From Candidatus Sumerlaeia bacterium (lineage in GTDB: Bacteria > Sumerlaeota > Sumerlaeia > SLMS01 > JANRJK01), in contig JANRJK010000013.1 in assembly GCA_033764015.1 (NCBI GenBank), positions 416,001 to 480,000 on the forward strand: a stretch of 64,000 bases of DNA, given 5' to 3'. The notes under the pieces were generated by a model, which saw only the letters and a program-made list of their open reading frames with translations, was not told the DNA's origin and ran no database searches. The position numbers were made by a program, and so were the translations under genes. Below, piece after piece: positions 38,437 to 47,761 of the stretch (the first letter of the stretch is position 1; the number at the start of each line of letters is the position of its first letter).

Positions 38437-40717
38437 CGCCGCCCTCCCGCGTTGTCGGTCCCTTGGGTTGCGGGAACCGCGCGAGCACCGCTCCCGCGAT
38501 CGTTCCACCCGCCGCTCGCAGCCGCTCGACCGCCTCCGCGATCGCGCCGCCGTGCGGGCCGAACGCCCGCGCCACCAGCACCACCGCGTCCATCCGCGGC
38601 GCGAGGGTCTCCGCGTCGCCTGCGAGGAGCACCGGCGTCGTCTGCGCGAGGACCACATCGAACTCGCGCGAGCACCGCGCGAAGAACTCCGACGCCCGCC
38701 GGTCCGCGAGCGCGTCCGGGTGCAGCGATCCCGCCGCCGGAGCGGCGATCCACACGCCCTCGATCGCGCAGGGGCTGGCGAACGGCGCACCATCGGCGCG
38801 CCCGGCGAAGGCGTCCGCGAGCGGCGCCTCGGATCCCTCCGGAAGGGTCTTCGCTCCGGTCCGGCCTGCCGCCTGCGTCCGCGCGACGCCGCAATCCTGG
38901 AACTCGCGAAGCCATCGGCGCGCGCGCTCCAGGGGATCCGACGCCGGGCGGGGCGCCGAGGCGAGCGGCGCGCGCACGGCCAGATCCAGCACCAGGACGC
39001 GCTCGCCGCGCCGCGCGAGCAGCTCGGCCACCGCCAGCATGCAGAATGTGGTACCCTCCCCATGTCCCGCCGAGGCGAAGAGAAGCCGCGCTCCCGCGCC
39101 CGGATGGGCCGCGCGGAGCTTGCGCGCCAAAGCGCGCGCCGGTTCCTCCGCGGCGCCCAGCACGCCCGCGGCTTGGTCCGCCGGCAGCTCCGGGAACTCC
39201 GCGAGGACCTCGCCGCCACCGAGGCGCCGCGCAAGGTCCGCGCGCGACCGCACCCGCGGATCAAGCACCGCCAACCCCAGGAAGAGGACGAACGCCGCGC
39301 CGCTCCCGAGGACCGCGACGCCGGCCGCGATCTTCTTCGCGTTCGACCGCGAGGCGCGCCTCGGCGGCGCCGCCTCGGAGACCAGCGTGAAGGGGAGCGC
39401 GCTCGCCTCGAGCAGGCGCCTCGACGTGGCGAGCCGCGCCTCGAGGCCGCGCTTCTCCGCCTCCGCCGCTTCGACCGCGCGCGCCAGCGTGGCGTGCCGC
39501 CGCTCCAGGTCGGGCATCCGCGCCAGGCGGACCTCGACCCGGTCCTGCGCTTTGGACAGCGCGTCGACCTTCTCCTGCGACGACGTCTGCAGCAGCCGCA
39601 GCTCGAACGACTTCATCATGATTCCCTTCAGCAGGTCGCCCGTGACGCCGGGGCGCGCCTCCGCGGAAGGGATCACCTTCTTGTCCAGCTCCTCGATCTG
39701 CGACTTCCACTCGAGGATCTGCGGGGTGTCCACCGCGCGCGCCTCGAGCGCCTTCAGGCTCGTGGCCGCCTCGTCCACCACGGTCAGCGGGACCGCGCCC
39801 TCCTCGTAGAGGCGCGTGAGCCGTTCGAGGTTGGTGCGCGCCTCGTCGAGCAGCGCGTCGTTCTCGCGCACGAGCTTGTCGTCCTGGATCGACTCGCGGA
39901 GGCGCTGGATGCGGATGTTCGTCTCGCTGAGCGCGTCGCTCATCGAAGCAGCCGCCTCCTGCTCCTTCTTCATCAGTTCCTTGAGTTCCTCGGTCAGCCG
40001 CTCCGCGTTGGCCACCTGCAGATCGACGCTGCGCTTCTCGATCAGCGCCTGCTCGTAGAGCAGGTTGACCGACGCCAGTTCGGAGAGCGTCGCGCGCGCC
40101 TCCTCCGTGAGGTTGACGACTCGGTTCTCGCTGGCGAAGGCGCGCAACGCCTCCTCCGCCGCGGACAGCTCGGCGCCGACCGTCGCGAGGCGGGCCGCGA
40201 TGTCGCCGGCCTGCCGCTCCGCGTCGCGCCGCCGCAGCTCCATCTGGTTTTCGAGGAAGGCGTCCCGCAGGCCGTTCGCAATCTCCGCAGCGGTCCGCGG
40301 CGATTCCCAGCGGGCGCTGATCACGACCATCGTGGTCTTGGGCTGGAGCGTCACATCGGTCGCGGCGCCGACCGTGCGGACATCGGCCTCGATGCCCGTG
40401 CGCTGGCGAAGCAGCTCGATGTTCGCCGGCAGCTTCACCAGGCGCATGAGCGTGAGCAGCGACGGCGTTGCGGCCGCCTCCGGCGTGCCCTCCGCGGGCG
40501 CCTTGTAGAGCATCACGGTTTCCGCGGCGTACTCCCGCTGCGCGAATCCGACCGCCAGCAGCAGTCCCAGCGCCGACGACACCGCCACCGCGCCCGCGAG
40601 CCACCAGCGCCAGAGGAGGAACGCCGCGAGCGCCGCCATCGGATCGAACGGCAGGCCGCCGCCGGACTCCTCGGGGTCCGCGGGGCGCGGCGGGCGGGGC
40701 GGCGGGAGGGCGCTCAT
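38417..40717 (-). CDS. Polysaccharide co-polymerase (Wzc/GumC-like) with a degenerate tyrosine-kinase domain
   Basis: Two TM segments flanking a long coiled coil; P-loop-like SAGHGEGTT, RVLVLD, FDVVLAQTTP. Confidence 0.82.
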   Translation of the reverse strand: MSALPPPRPPRPADPEESGGGLPFDPMAALAAFLLWRWWLAGAVAVSSALGLLLAVGFAQREYAAETVMLYKAPAEGTPEAAATPSLLTLMRLVKLPANIELLRQRTGIEADVRTVGAATDVTLQPKTTMVVISARWESPRTAAEIANGLRDAFLENQMELRRRDAERQAGDIAARLATVGAELSAAEEALRAFASENRVVNLTEEARATLSELASVNLLYEQALIEKRSVDLQVANAERLTEELKELMKKEQEAAASMSDALSETNIRIQRLRESIQDDKLVRENDALLDEARTNLERLTRLYEEGAVPLTVVDEAATSLKALEARAVDTPQILEWKSQIEELDKKVIPSAEARPGVTGDLLKGIMMKSFELRLLQTSSQEKVDALSKAQDRVEVRLARMPDLERRHATLARAVEAAEAEKRGLEARLATSRRLLEASALPFTLVSEAAPPRRASRSNAKKIAAGVAVLGSGAAFVLFLGLAVLDPRVRSRADLARRLGGGEVLAEFPELPADQAAGVLGAAEEPARALARKLRAAHPGAGARLLFASAGHGEGTTFCMLAVAELLARRGERVLVLDLAVRAPLASAPRPASDPLERARRWLREFQDCGVARTQAAGRTGAKTLPEGSEAPLADAFAGRADGAPFASPCAIEGVWIAAPAAGSLHPDALADRRASEFFARCSREFDVVLAQTTPVLLAGDAETLAPRMDAVVLVARAFGPHGGAIAEAVERLRAAGGTIAGAVLARFPQPKGPTTREGGDARPVH

Positions 40718-42114
40718 GCGTACGCCCCCGAGCCTCCGGGGGATGCGGCCAACCGGGCTTCGGCGCGTTCGCGGCGCCGGATCGACTCCATCGCCACCAT
40801 CATCCCCATCAGGATGAAGTACAGGTACAACACCTCAGTTTGCCGGAAGATCCACTCCAGCAGCCCATGCACATGCTGCACCGCCGTCGACACGGAGAGC
40901 CCCAGGTAGATCGACTTGAACAAGTGGTCGGACTCGCGGAAGAACAGCAACGCGCCCTTCCCCCAGAACATCCCGATGTGGAGCAGGAACACGGCGAGGC
41001 CCGCGTAGCCCGTCTCCGCCGCCGAGAGCCAGTAGATGTGGTGCGCGGTGCCGAGCCGGCTCTGCCCCTGCACGCTCTCGCGGAACTCCTCCGGGTCGTC
41101 CACGTCCACCTTGTCCGGGTAGACGTGCCAGTAGAAATCGGTCTTCGCGAGGGCGTTGGAGTACTGGTTGAGGCCGACGCCGAAGAGGTGCTCGCCCGCC
41201 ATGGCGCGGGCCGCTTCGTTGAAGTACTCGCGCGTCTCCGCGGACTCCTTGGGAGCGTTCTGGAATCGCCGGATCAGGCGCGGGGCCGCGAGCGAGGCGA
41301 CGACCGCGAACACGAGCAGCCCGAGCGCAAGGACGCGGAACTTCCGCGCCGTGGGCCGCGCGAGGATCGACGCGACGACAACGGCCCCGAGCGACGCCGG
41401 CAGCAGCAGCATCGCGGCGCGGCTCTTGGTGAAGAGCACTGCGATGAAGCCGACCACGATCGCGGTTCCGAACAGGAGCCGGTTGCGCGCCTTCACGAGA
41501 CCCGTCAGCAACGCGCCCAGCAGGCACGGCAGGATCAGGTCGATGTACATCGCCAGCGTGTTCGGGTGGCGGAACGAGCCGACGGAGCGCGCGACGACGC
41601 TTTGCGTGACGTACTTAGCCCAGAGCACGAGGAACGCCTCGAACAGGACCGCCGCCGCCAGCGCCGCCAGCACTAGCTCCACGTCCGTGCGGTCGCGCAC
41701 GTGATTCACCACCACCGTGTAGAGCACGAAGCAGCGGATGAACTTGTGCAGCGTGAACGCCCCCAGCATCGGGTCGAGGCTCCCCGGGAGCGACAGCGCC
41801 GAGACCGCGACCACCGCGAACCACGGCAGCGAGTTGAACGGCAGCCATAGGAATCGCCCCGCGCCGCCCAGCAAGGCATGGACATAGAATCCGAAGAAGA
41901 ACAGATCCGGGATCGTGACGGCGAAGCCGCGGTCCACGCCGCGGTAGTTCACGAAGAAGACCTCCTGGTAGAACGGCTTCTTCACGTAGCAGGTCGCGAA
42001 GACCATGACCGCCAGCATGAGCCGACGGTGCTGCGGAAACGCGAACAGCGCCACCACGACGGCGGGAACCCCGGCGAGGAACGTCATGATGCCGAGGAGC
42101 GACGCGGTGGTCAC
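40714..42114 (-). CDS. O-antigen ligase / Wzy-like polymerase
   Basis: Multi-TM; GSF.HPN.LA, TKSRAA, FGVGLNQY, AHHIYWL.AAETG. Confidence 0.85.
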   Translation of the reverse strand: MTTASLLGIMTFLAGVPAVVVALFAFPQHRRLMLAVMVFATCYVKKPFYQEVFFVNYRGVDRGFAVTIPDLFFFGFYVHALLGGAGRFLWLPFNSLPWFAVVAVSALSLPGSLDPMLGAFTLHKFIRCFVLYTVVVNHVRDRTDVELVLAALAAAVLFEAFLVLWAKYVTQSVVARSVGSFRHPNTLAMYIDLILPCLLGALLTGLVKARNRLLFGTAIVVGFIAVLFTKSRAAMLLLPASLGAVVVASILARPTARKFRVLALGLLVFAVVASLAAPRLIRRFQNAPKESAETREYFNEAARAMAGEHLFGVGLNQYSNALAKTDFYWHVYPDKVDVDDPEEFRESVQGQSRLGTAHHIYWLSAAETGYAGLAVFLLHIGMFWGKGALLFFRESDHLFKSIYLGLSVSTAVQHVHGLLEWIFRQTEVLYLYFILMGMMVAMESIRRRERAEARLAASPGGSGAYA

Positions 42115-43031
42115 GGCAGCAGCCGCCCGCCGAGACGCTTCCACGGCGCGGCGAAACCCCTCGCCGCCGCGAGGCCGCGGAGCCTGCGCGCCGGCCCGGC
42201 GTCCACGATGTTGAGCATCAGCCAGCGCCGGCGGTGGTACTCGAAGAAGAACCGCTCGACGCCTTCCGGCGCGAGCCCGGGGCCCACGGCGGCGGCGAAC
42301 GCGCCCCACAGCTCCGCCCGGAACGGCGCGTCGATCCGCATCGACTGCAGTGCGAACCAGAGGTTCAGCGCATCGTTCGCCGGATGGCTGCGCCGCAGCG
42401 AGTTCGCGAAGTCGATGATCCCGACGCGGCCCCCGTCCAAGTGGACGTTGCGGGGGACGAAGTCGCCGTGGGCGAACGAAACCGGCAGGCGGACTCCGCG
42501 CACGGAAGCCGCCAGTTCCTCCGACTCCTCGACCGCCCCGGGGAACAGCGCCCGCCCAAGGAGGCGGAACCTCGCGAGCTTCTCCGACGTGTAGCGCAGG
42601 TACTCGAAGTGGAACGGGTCCGGCACCGCCTCCGGCGCGGTGCTCTCCGCGCGCCAAGCGTGAAGGACGCCGCCGAGCGCCGCCATCGCCGCGACGCAGT
42701 CGGCGCGCGCCGCGGGCGAGCGGATCGCGTCCGACAGCCGCTTCCCCGGGACGAACGTCATGGCGACCACCCGGGCCTCCGCGTCGGTGCCTAGCGCGCG
42801 GCCGTCGAGCAGCCTCGGATCGCGCTCCGCCACACGGTGGTGCAGCTCGATCCCCGCGGCCTCGTTCAGCGGCAGGTCCGGGTCGCCTTGCAGGTACTTT
42901 TTGAAGACCGCGGGCGCGCCGCCGACCGTCCCCCGGTAGATCCGGCAGTAGGCGTTCTCCGCGATCGGCGCAAGATCGCGCGGCGCCTCGCCCGCGGCGC
43001 GGCCGAACTCCTCGGCGAGGCGCGCGTCCAC
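42111..43031 (-). CDS. APH/choline-kinase-like phosphotransferase
   Basis: VFKKY, HGDFVPRNV, IIDFAN. Confidence 0.8.
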   Translation of the reverse strand: MDARLAEEFGRAAGEAPRDLAPIAENAYCRIYRGTVGGAPAVFKKYLQGDPDLPLNEAAGIELHHRVAERDPRLLDGRALGTDAEARVVAMTFVPGKRLSDAIRSPAARADCVAAMAALGGVLHAWRAESTAPEAVPDPFHFEYLRYTSEKLARFRLLGRALFPGAVEESEELAASVRGVRLPVSFAHGDFVPRNVHLDGGRVGIIDFANSLRRSHPANDALNLWFALQSMRIDAPFRAELWGAFAAAVGPGLAPEGVERFFFEYHRRRWLMLNIVDAGPARRLRGLAAARGFAAPWKRLGGRLLP

Positions 43032-43032
43032 G

Positions 43033-44100
43033 CTAGTTGTACCTCCGCCAAAGCGCGAGCGCCGCGCGCGCGTCCTCCACCCACGGCCCGGGAGCGCCGG
43101 TGGAGGCGCCAAGCGTTGTCGGCAGCATGGCGTAGAGCCGCTCGCGCGGGTACCGCGTCGACAGCTTCCCCCCGCGAGCGTTCAGGAGGAGGTTTTTCAC
43201 CCGCCGCGCCGGCGTGTGCAGTTCCGGCTCGCGCAGCGCGGGCCAGGCGGCGTACTCCGCCGCTCCCGCGAAGCTCCTACCCGCGCGGATGCCCTCCGTC
43301 TCGAGCAGCGCGTCGCGCCAACGCCCGGCCAGCAGCGTCCGCGCCGCCGCGGCGTCGCGGACCAGCGGTTCGCCGGGCTCGAGGCGGAACCGCAGCGCGT
43401 CCCGGTACGGCGCCAGCATGTCGGCGAACCCTTGGAACCGCTCTTCCACCAGCTCCGCGAGGATCGCGTCGCGGCCCTCGTACCGCGTCCGGTGGCGTCC
43501 GGCGGCGATGATGAGGGAATCGCCGATCGCGAGCGCGCACTTGTGCAGGTTGCGTTCCACGAAGGTCGGGTCCGGGGCAGGCTCGGCGCCCGCCAGCACC
43601 AGCGAGGCCCAGAGCAGCCCGGCGCCGCGGTTTAGCAGCAGTCGCGTGCCCTCGATCAGCGGGGGCGATCCCTTGAGCCGCGCCGGAGCGTTCGCCGTCA
43701 GCGCGTCCTCCGCCCCTTGGACGACGCGGTGCCCCGCCAGCAGGTCCGTCCACATCAGCCAGTGCGGCCAACGCCGCACATCGTCCACGGTCAGTGGCCG
43801 GCTGAAGTCCACATCGATGCCGACGATCGGGTGGTGCTTGCGCGACACCTCGGCGAGCGCGTCGGCGGCGGCGCGCTTCGAGCCCCGCACGATCACTGTG
43901 AAGTCGAGGTCATTGTACGGGAGCTCGCGTCCGTCCACACGCACCACGCCGCCTTCGCCGCGCGCGTAGCCGCCCCCGAGCACGAGCGCGACAAGGTTGC
44001 CCCCCAGCGCGCGCGCCGCGTCCGCCGCGATCTCGGCGACGCGCTCCTCCATCCACGCGTTGAACGCGTCGGAGCCGTGCGTTGCGAAGCGGCGCGTCAC
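43033..44100 (-). CDS. Pol-beta-superfamily nucleotidyltransferase-like protein
   Basis: LVLGGGYARGEGG...PYNDLDF (G-x-x...DxD), later IDVDF, helical C-terminal half; GTGA overlap with the GT2 gene. Confidence 0.7.
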   Translation of the reverse strand: MTRRFATHGSDAFNAWMEERVAEIAADAARALGGNLVALVLGGGYARGEGGVVRVDGRELPYNDLDFTVIVRGSKRAAADALAEVSRKHHPIVGIDVDFSRPLTVDDVRRWPHWLMWTDLLAGHRVVQGAEDALTANAPARLKGSPPLIEGTRLLLNRGAGLLWASLVLAGAEPAPDPTFVERNLHKCALAIGDSLIIAAGRHRTRYEGRDAILAELVEERFQGFADMLAPYRDALRFRLEPGEPLVRDAAAARTLLAGRWRDALLETEGIRAGRSFAGAAEYAAWPALREPELHTPARRVKNLLLNARGGKLSTRYPRERLYAMLPTTLGASTGAPGPWVEDARAALALWRRYN

Positions 44101-44954
44101 GTCGCGCCCCTTTCCCGCCAGCCGGCGTTGAAGCCTTTGCGGCGGCCGAGCATCTGCGCGCCGCGCAGCAGCGGCGAGTGCCCGAGCGCGCCGAACCTGC
44201 CGTGGTGCAGCGCCCACCGCCAGTCCGCGACGACCTGACGGGCGAACGGCAGCAGCGAGTAGCGGGGCAGCGAGCGCTCCCACGGCGTCCAGTCGAAGAT
44301 GCGCGCCTCCGCCTTCCCCTCGCCGAACTGGCGCTTGTGGAACTGGCGCAGGGTGTAGTTGTGCGAATGCATCGCGACGGACTTGGGCGTGTAGCGGATC
44401 GTCCGACCCGCCTGCCGCTGCCGCCACGTCCAGTCGACGTCCTCGGAGTACTGGATGTCTTCGCGGAACGGCATCTCCTCCCACGCCGCGCGCCGCACCG
44501 CCGACGACGCCATCGAGAAGCAGTGGCGCCAGAAGCGCTGCCGCGAGCCGTCGCCGAACGTGTCCTCCGTGTCCTTCGCGAACAACGGCCAGCACTCGGG
44601 CCGGGGCACTTGGCGCCCGAAGACCGCCGCGAGCGCCGGATCCGCCGCGAACGGCGCCACCAACTCCTCCAGCCAGTGGTCGTCCTGCGGCACGCAGTCC
44701 GAGTTGACGAACACCACCACCTCGCCGTCCGTTTCGCGCATCGCCTGGTTCAGCACGCGGCCCGGCACATAGGCGCCCTTCGGCACATTGACGATCCGCG
44801 CGCCGGAGCGGGCGATGATCTCCTTCGAGCCGTCCGACGACTCGTTGTCGAAGACCAGCAGCCGGTGCGCCATGCGTTGGCGCGAGAGGCCCGCCAAGGT
44901 GTCGCCGACCACCCACGCGTCGTTGTAGCAGCGCATCACGACCCAGGGCGTCAT
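44097..44954 (-). CDS. GT2 glycosyltransferase (rhamnosyltransferase-like)
   Basis: DNESSDGS, VFVNSDC, GRQVPR, SEDVDW, HSHNY. Confidence 0.88.
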   Translation of the reverse strand: MTPWVVMRCYNDAWVVGDTLAGLSRQRMAHRLLVFDNESSDGSKEIIARSGARIVNVPKGAYVPGRVLNQAMRETDGEVVVFVNSDCVPQDDHWLEELVAPFAADPALAAVFGRQVPRPECWPLFAKDTEDTFGDGSRQRFWRHCFSMASSAVRRAAWEEMPFREDIQYSEDVDWTWRQRQAGRTIRYTPKSVAMHSHNYTLRQFHKRQFGEGKAEARIFDWTPWERSLPRYSLLPFARQVVADWRWALHHGRFGALGHSPLLRGAQMLGRRKGFNAGWRERGAT

Positions 44955-46498
44955 GCCGCGACCTCCGCCGCGGGACGCCGCCGCGCCGCGGCCGCGCGCA
45001 GCTTGCCGCCGAAGTACTCCCGGTCCTTGGCGGACAGCCCGGCGAACCAGAACGCCGGCGCGAACGCCGCGCAGCCCGACGCGAGCAGCGCCGCAACGAC
45101 CGGCAGGCTCCCGGCCCCCAGCACACGCCACCCGCCGACCACCACCGCCGCGCAGGCCACCGCGCCGGCGAGCGAGGGGCCGACCGACTCCGCATAGAAA
45201 CGCCCGAACTCGACACCGCAATGCTCGCGCGTCTTCCACTGCACCCAGACCTTGACCAGCGCCGTCGATGCGAGCGTCGCCAGCGCCACACCGAAAAGCC
45301 CGAGCGGCACGATTAGCAGGAGGGTCAGCGTAAGGTTCAACCCCTGCAGGCCCACTTGGGAGAGCGCCAGGAAGCGCTGCTTCCCGGTCATTGTCAGGAC
45401 GTTTTCCGTGTTGCCGTGGACTATGGAGACAAACGCGGCAGCGAGCAGGAGCTGGCATGGGACCGCCGCGGAGCGGTACTCCTCGCCCATCCACGCGGCG
45501 AGCAGTGGCTCCGCCAGCAGCCCGAGCCCGAGTAGCACCGGTGTCGACCCGGCGACGGAGAGCATCGACCCCTTCAGCAGGACCGCGCGCACGTTGCGGT
45601 CTTCGCCCGCGCCCTTCAGTTCCGCGATCATCGGCGTCAGCGAGTTCACCATCTGCCGGCAGAGCGTCGCGGCCTGCTCCGCGACGCGCATCGCCACCGC
45701 GTAAAGCGCCACCGCCGCCAGCGGCAGATACGCGTTCACCACAATCGTGTCCACGCGGGTCGCGAGCAGGATCGACACTTGGATGAGGAAGAACCAGAGG
45801 GAGAACGAGCTGATCTCGCGCAGCAGCCCCCGGCGGAAGCGGCGGGGCGCGAGGCTGACGCCGGGCGCGTTGCGGAGGCACAGCGCGGCCGCCAGCAGGT
45901 TCGCCCCGAGGCCGGTCCACAGGCTGGCGTGCGCGAGAGTCCCGATGTCCGGCGAAACCCCGAGGGCCCACCAGGCCGCGATTCCGTAGGAGAGCGTCCC
46001 CAGCGTGCGGGTCGCGTTGGACACCACCTGCTTCTGGAACCCCACCAGGATGCCCGCGAAGAGGCCGAGCGGGAGCCCCTGGGCCGCGCGCAGCCCGATC
46101 AGCAGGAAGACGCCGCGCGCCGCGGCGGCATCCTCCGCGGCGACGCCGAGCAGCCCGGGCACCATCGGCGCTAGGAGCAGCGTCGCCACGCCGAGCACCG
46201 CGCCCAGCCCCGCGTACTGCCAGAAGAATGTCGCCGTCAGGTCGCCGAGCCGCTCCGTGTCGCCGCGTCCGCGGGCGTCCGCGACGTACTTCACCACGGA
46301 GGTCGAAAAGCCCATGTCCACAAGGCCGAGGAGTCCCACGACGGCCTGGATCAGCGACCAGAGCCCGAAGTCCTCCGAGCCGACCTTCGACACGATGTAG
46401 GGTGTGAGGAGCAGGAAGACGAGGATCTGCGCCACTTGCCGCGCGTAGTTGGAAACGGCGTTCCTGAGGATCAGGCGGGAGCGGTTCTTCTCAGCCAT
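44951..46498 (-). CDS. wzx: Wzx flippase (MOP family)
   Basis: LLTPYIV..VG.E.FGLW, DMGF..SVVKY, FS...F, D..VV; many TM segments. Confidence 0.88.
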   Translation of the reverse strand: MAEKNRSRLILRNAVSNYARQVAQILVFLLLTPYIVSKVGSEDFGLWSLIQAVVGLLGLVDMGFSTSVVKYVADARGRGDTERLGDLTATFFWQYAGLGAVLGVATLLLAPMVPGLLGVAAEDAAAARGVFLLIGLRAAQGLPLGLFAGILVGFQKQVVSNATRTLGTLSYGIAAWWALGVSPDIGTLAHASLWTGLGANLLAAALCLRNAPGVSLAPRRFRRGLLREISSFSLWFFLIQVSILLATRVDTIVVNAYLPLAAVALYAVAMRVAEQAATLCRQMVNSLTPMIAELKGAGEDRNVRAVLLKGSMLSVAGSTPVLLGLGLLAEPLLAAWMGEEYRSAAVPCQLLLAAAFVSIVHGNTENVLTMTGKQRFLALSQVGLQGLNLTLTLLLIVPLGLFGVALATLASTALVKVWVQWKTREHCGVEFGRFYAESVGPSLAGAVACAAVVVGGWRVLGAGSLPVVAALLASGCAAFAPAFWFAGLSAKDREYFGGKLRAAAARRRPAAEVAA

Positions 46499-47687
46499 CG
46501 GCCCCTTCGCCTCCGGCGATGCGCTCCGCCTCGCGGAGCATCAGCCCGTAGAGGTCGTCCAGCCGCCGGGGCGTCTCCGGCAGCTCGACGTTGGTGAGGA
46601 AGGCGGCGTCGGTGTCCTTGTCCGCGGGGGTGTAGCCGTGCATTCCCGCCAGCGGCTTTTCGCCCAGGAAGCTCGGGCAGAGGAGGACACCCGGATCGAG
46701 CAGGAAGAACAGGTGGCCGTAGCGCTGGTTCTGGAAGCGGCAGCGGAACACGGCTAGGTCATCCTCTGTCAGGATCCGTCCGCGAGGCTCCGCTGCGAGC
46801 GCGGCTTCGATCTTCTCGCGTGAACCGTTCGAGAGGAACCAGAAGCGGGCCATGGTCGAGTCGTACACCGCGGCGTAGTCGCGCCCGAAGACCAGTCCCG
46901 TCGCCTCGATCCGCGGGATCAGGTCGCAAGTCTCCCGCACATCCGTCATTCCGTGGTCCGAGAAGACGTACAGCCGCACCGCGGAGTATTGCCGCCGCGC
47001 GACTTGCAGCAACCCGCGGAGCCGTCGGGCGTACCACTCGAGCTTCGCCCGCACCCTCGCGGAATCCGTCCCGTCGGCGTGGAGGATCGCATCCATGGCG
47101 GCGAGGTACAGGTAGGCGAAGCGCGGCCCTCCGGTGCTGAGCGCGCGTTCGAGAGTCTCGACGTTGGACTCCTCGCCGGCGCGCCAGTCCGAAAGATGGA
47201 ACGGCAGCCCACGAGCACGCAGGTCGTCGAAGATGGTCCGCGCGCCGCTGTTGATCCCGCCCGGCTGGTAGAGGTCCCGCTTCTCCGAGTAGTCGAAGAG
47301 CGGAAGCTTGTCGAACGGCATGTTGTAGATTTGGAAGTAGCCGGTGAATCCGTACAGGCGGCGGATCCCGCGGCTCATCAGTCGCCGCACGCGCCCGCGG
47401 CTGGTGATCGACTTCGGCAGGAACCGGAGCCAACGGCAGAGCCCGAACGGCGACTTCGCCGGATCGTACACGAAGAACGAGAAGTGCCCGTGGTCCTCCG
47501 GCATCAAGCCGGTCAGGATCGTCGGATCGCAGGTGGAGCTGTAGCCGAAGATCGACTCGAGGCGGGAGCGGTGCGGGAGTTCCTCCGCAAGGAATTCGGG
47601 GTTTCTGAGTAGAAGCTGCCACCCCAGCGCGTCGATGAAGACGAACAGGGCGATTTCCTTTGCGGATTCCCGGGAGGGCGTAGCCAT
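46491..47687 (-). CDS. Alkaline-phosphatase-superfamily (type I phosphodiesterase/NPP-like) protein
   Basis: FIDALG, YSST..PTILTG, DAILH, SDHGM, GMHGY; alternative start 47714; no signal peptide seen. Confidence 0.85.
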   Translation of the reverse strand: MATPSRESAKEIALFVFIDALGWQLLLRNPEFLAEELPHRSRLESIFGYSSTCDPTILTGLMPEDHGHFSFFVYDPAKSPFGLCRWLRFLPKSITSRGRVRRLMSRGIRRLYGFTGYFQIYNMPFDKLPLFDYSEKRDLYQPGGINSGARTIFDDLRARGLPFHLSDWRAGEESNVETLERALSTGGPRFAYLYLAAMDAILHADGTDSARVRAKLEWYARRLRGLLQVARRQYSAVRLYVFSDHGMTDVRETCDLIPRIEATGLVFGRDYAAVYDSTMARFWFLSNGSREKIEAALAAEPRGRILTEDDLAVFRCRFQNQRYGHLFFLLDPGVLLCPSFLGEKPLAGMHGYTPADKDTDAAFLTNVELPETPRRLDDLYGLMLREAERIAGGEGADG

Positions 47688-47761
47688 GCGAAGGGCATAG
47701 CGCGGCACGGTCATGGAGTCAATCGCGACAGGATTTCGCCCTTTACGGGAACTCCCCGACC

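Noticed and set aside
38414..40909. 831-aa plus-strand ORF
   Set aside because: Antisense to the Wzc-like gene; Arg-rich shadow
43033..44100. CBASS/MNT-HEPN defence interpretation of the nucleotidyltransferase
   Set aside because: No effector or toxin neighbour; the gene is translationally coupled to glycosyltransferase genes
47715..47761. Riboswitch ahead of the polysaccharide operon
   Set aside because: Gap is too short and shows no recognisable c-di-GMP aptamer motif
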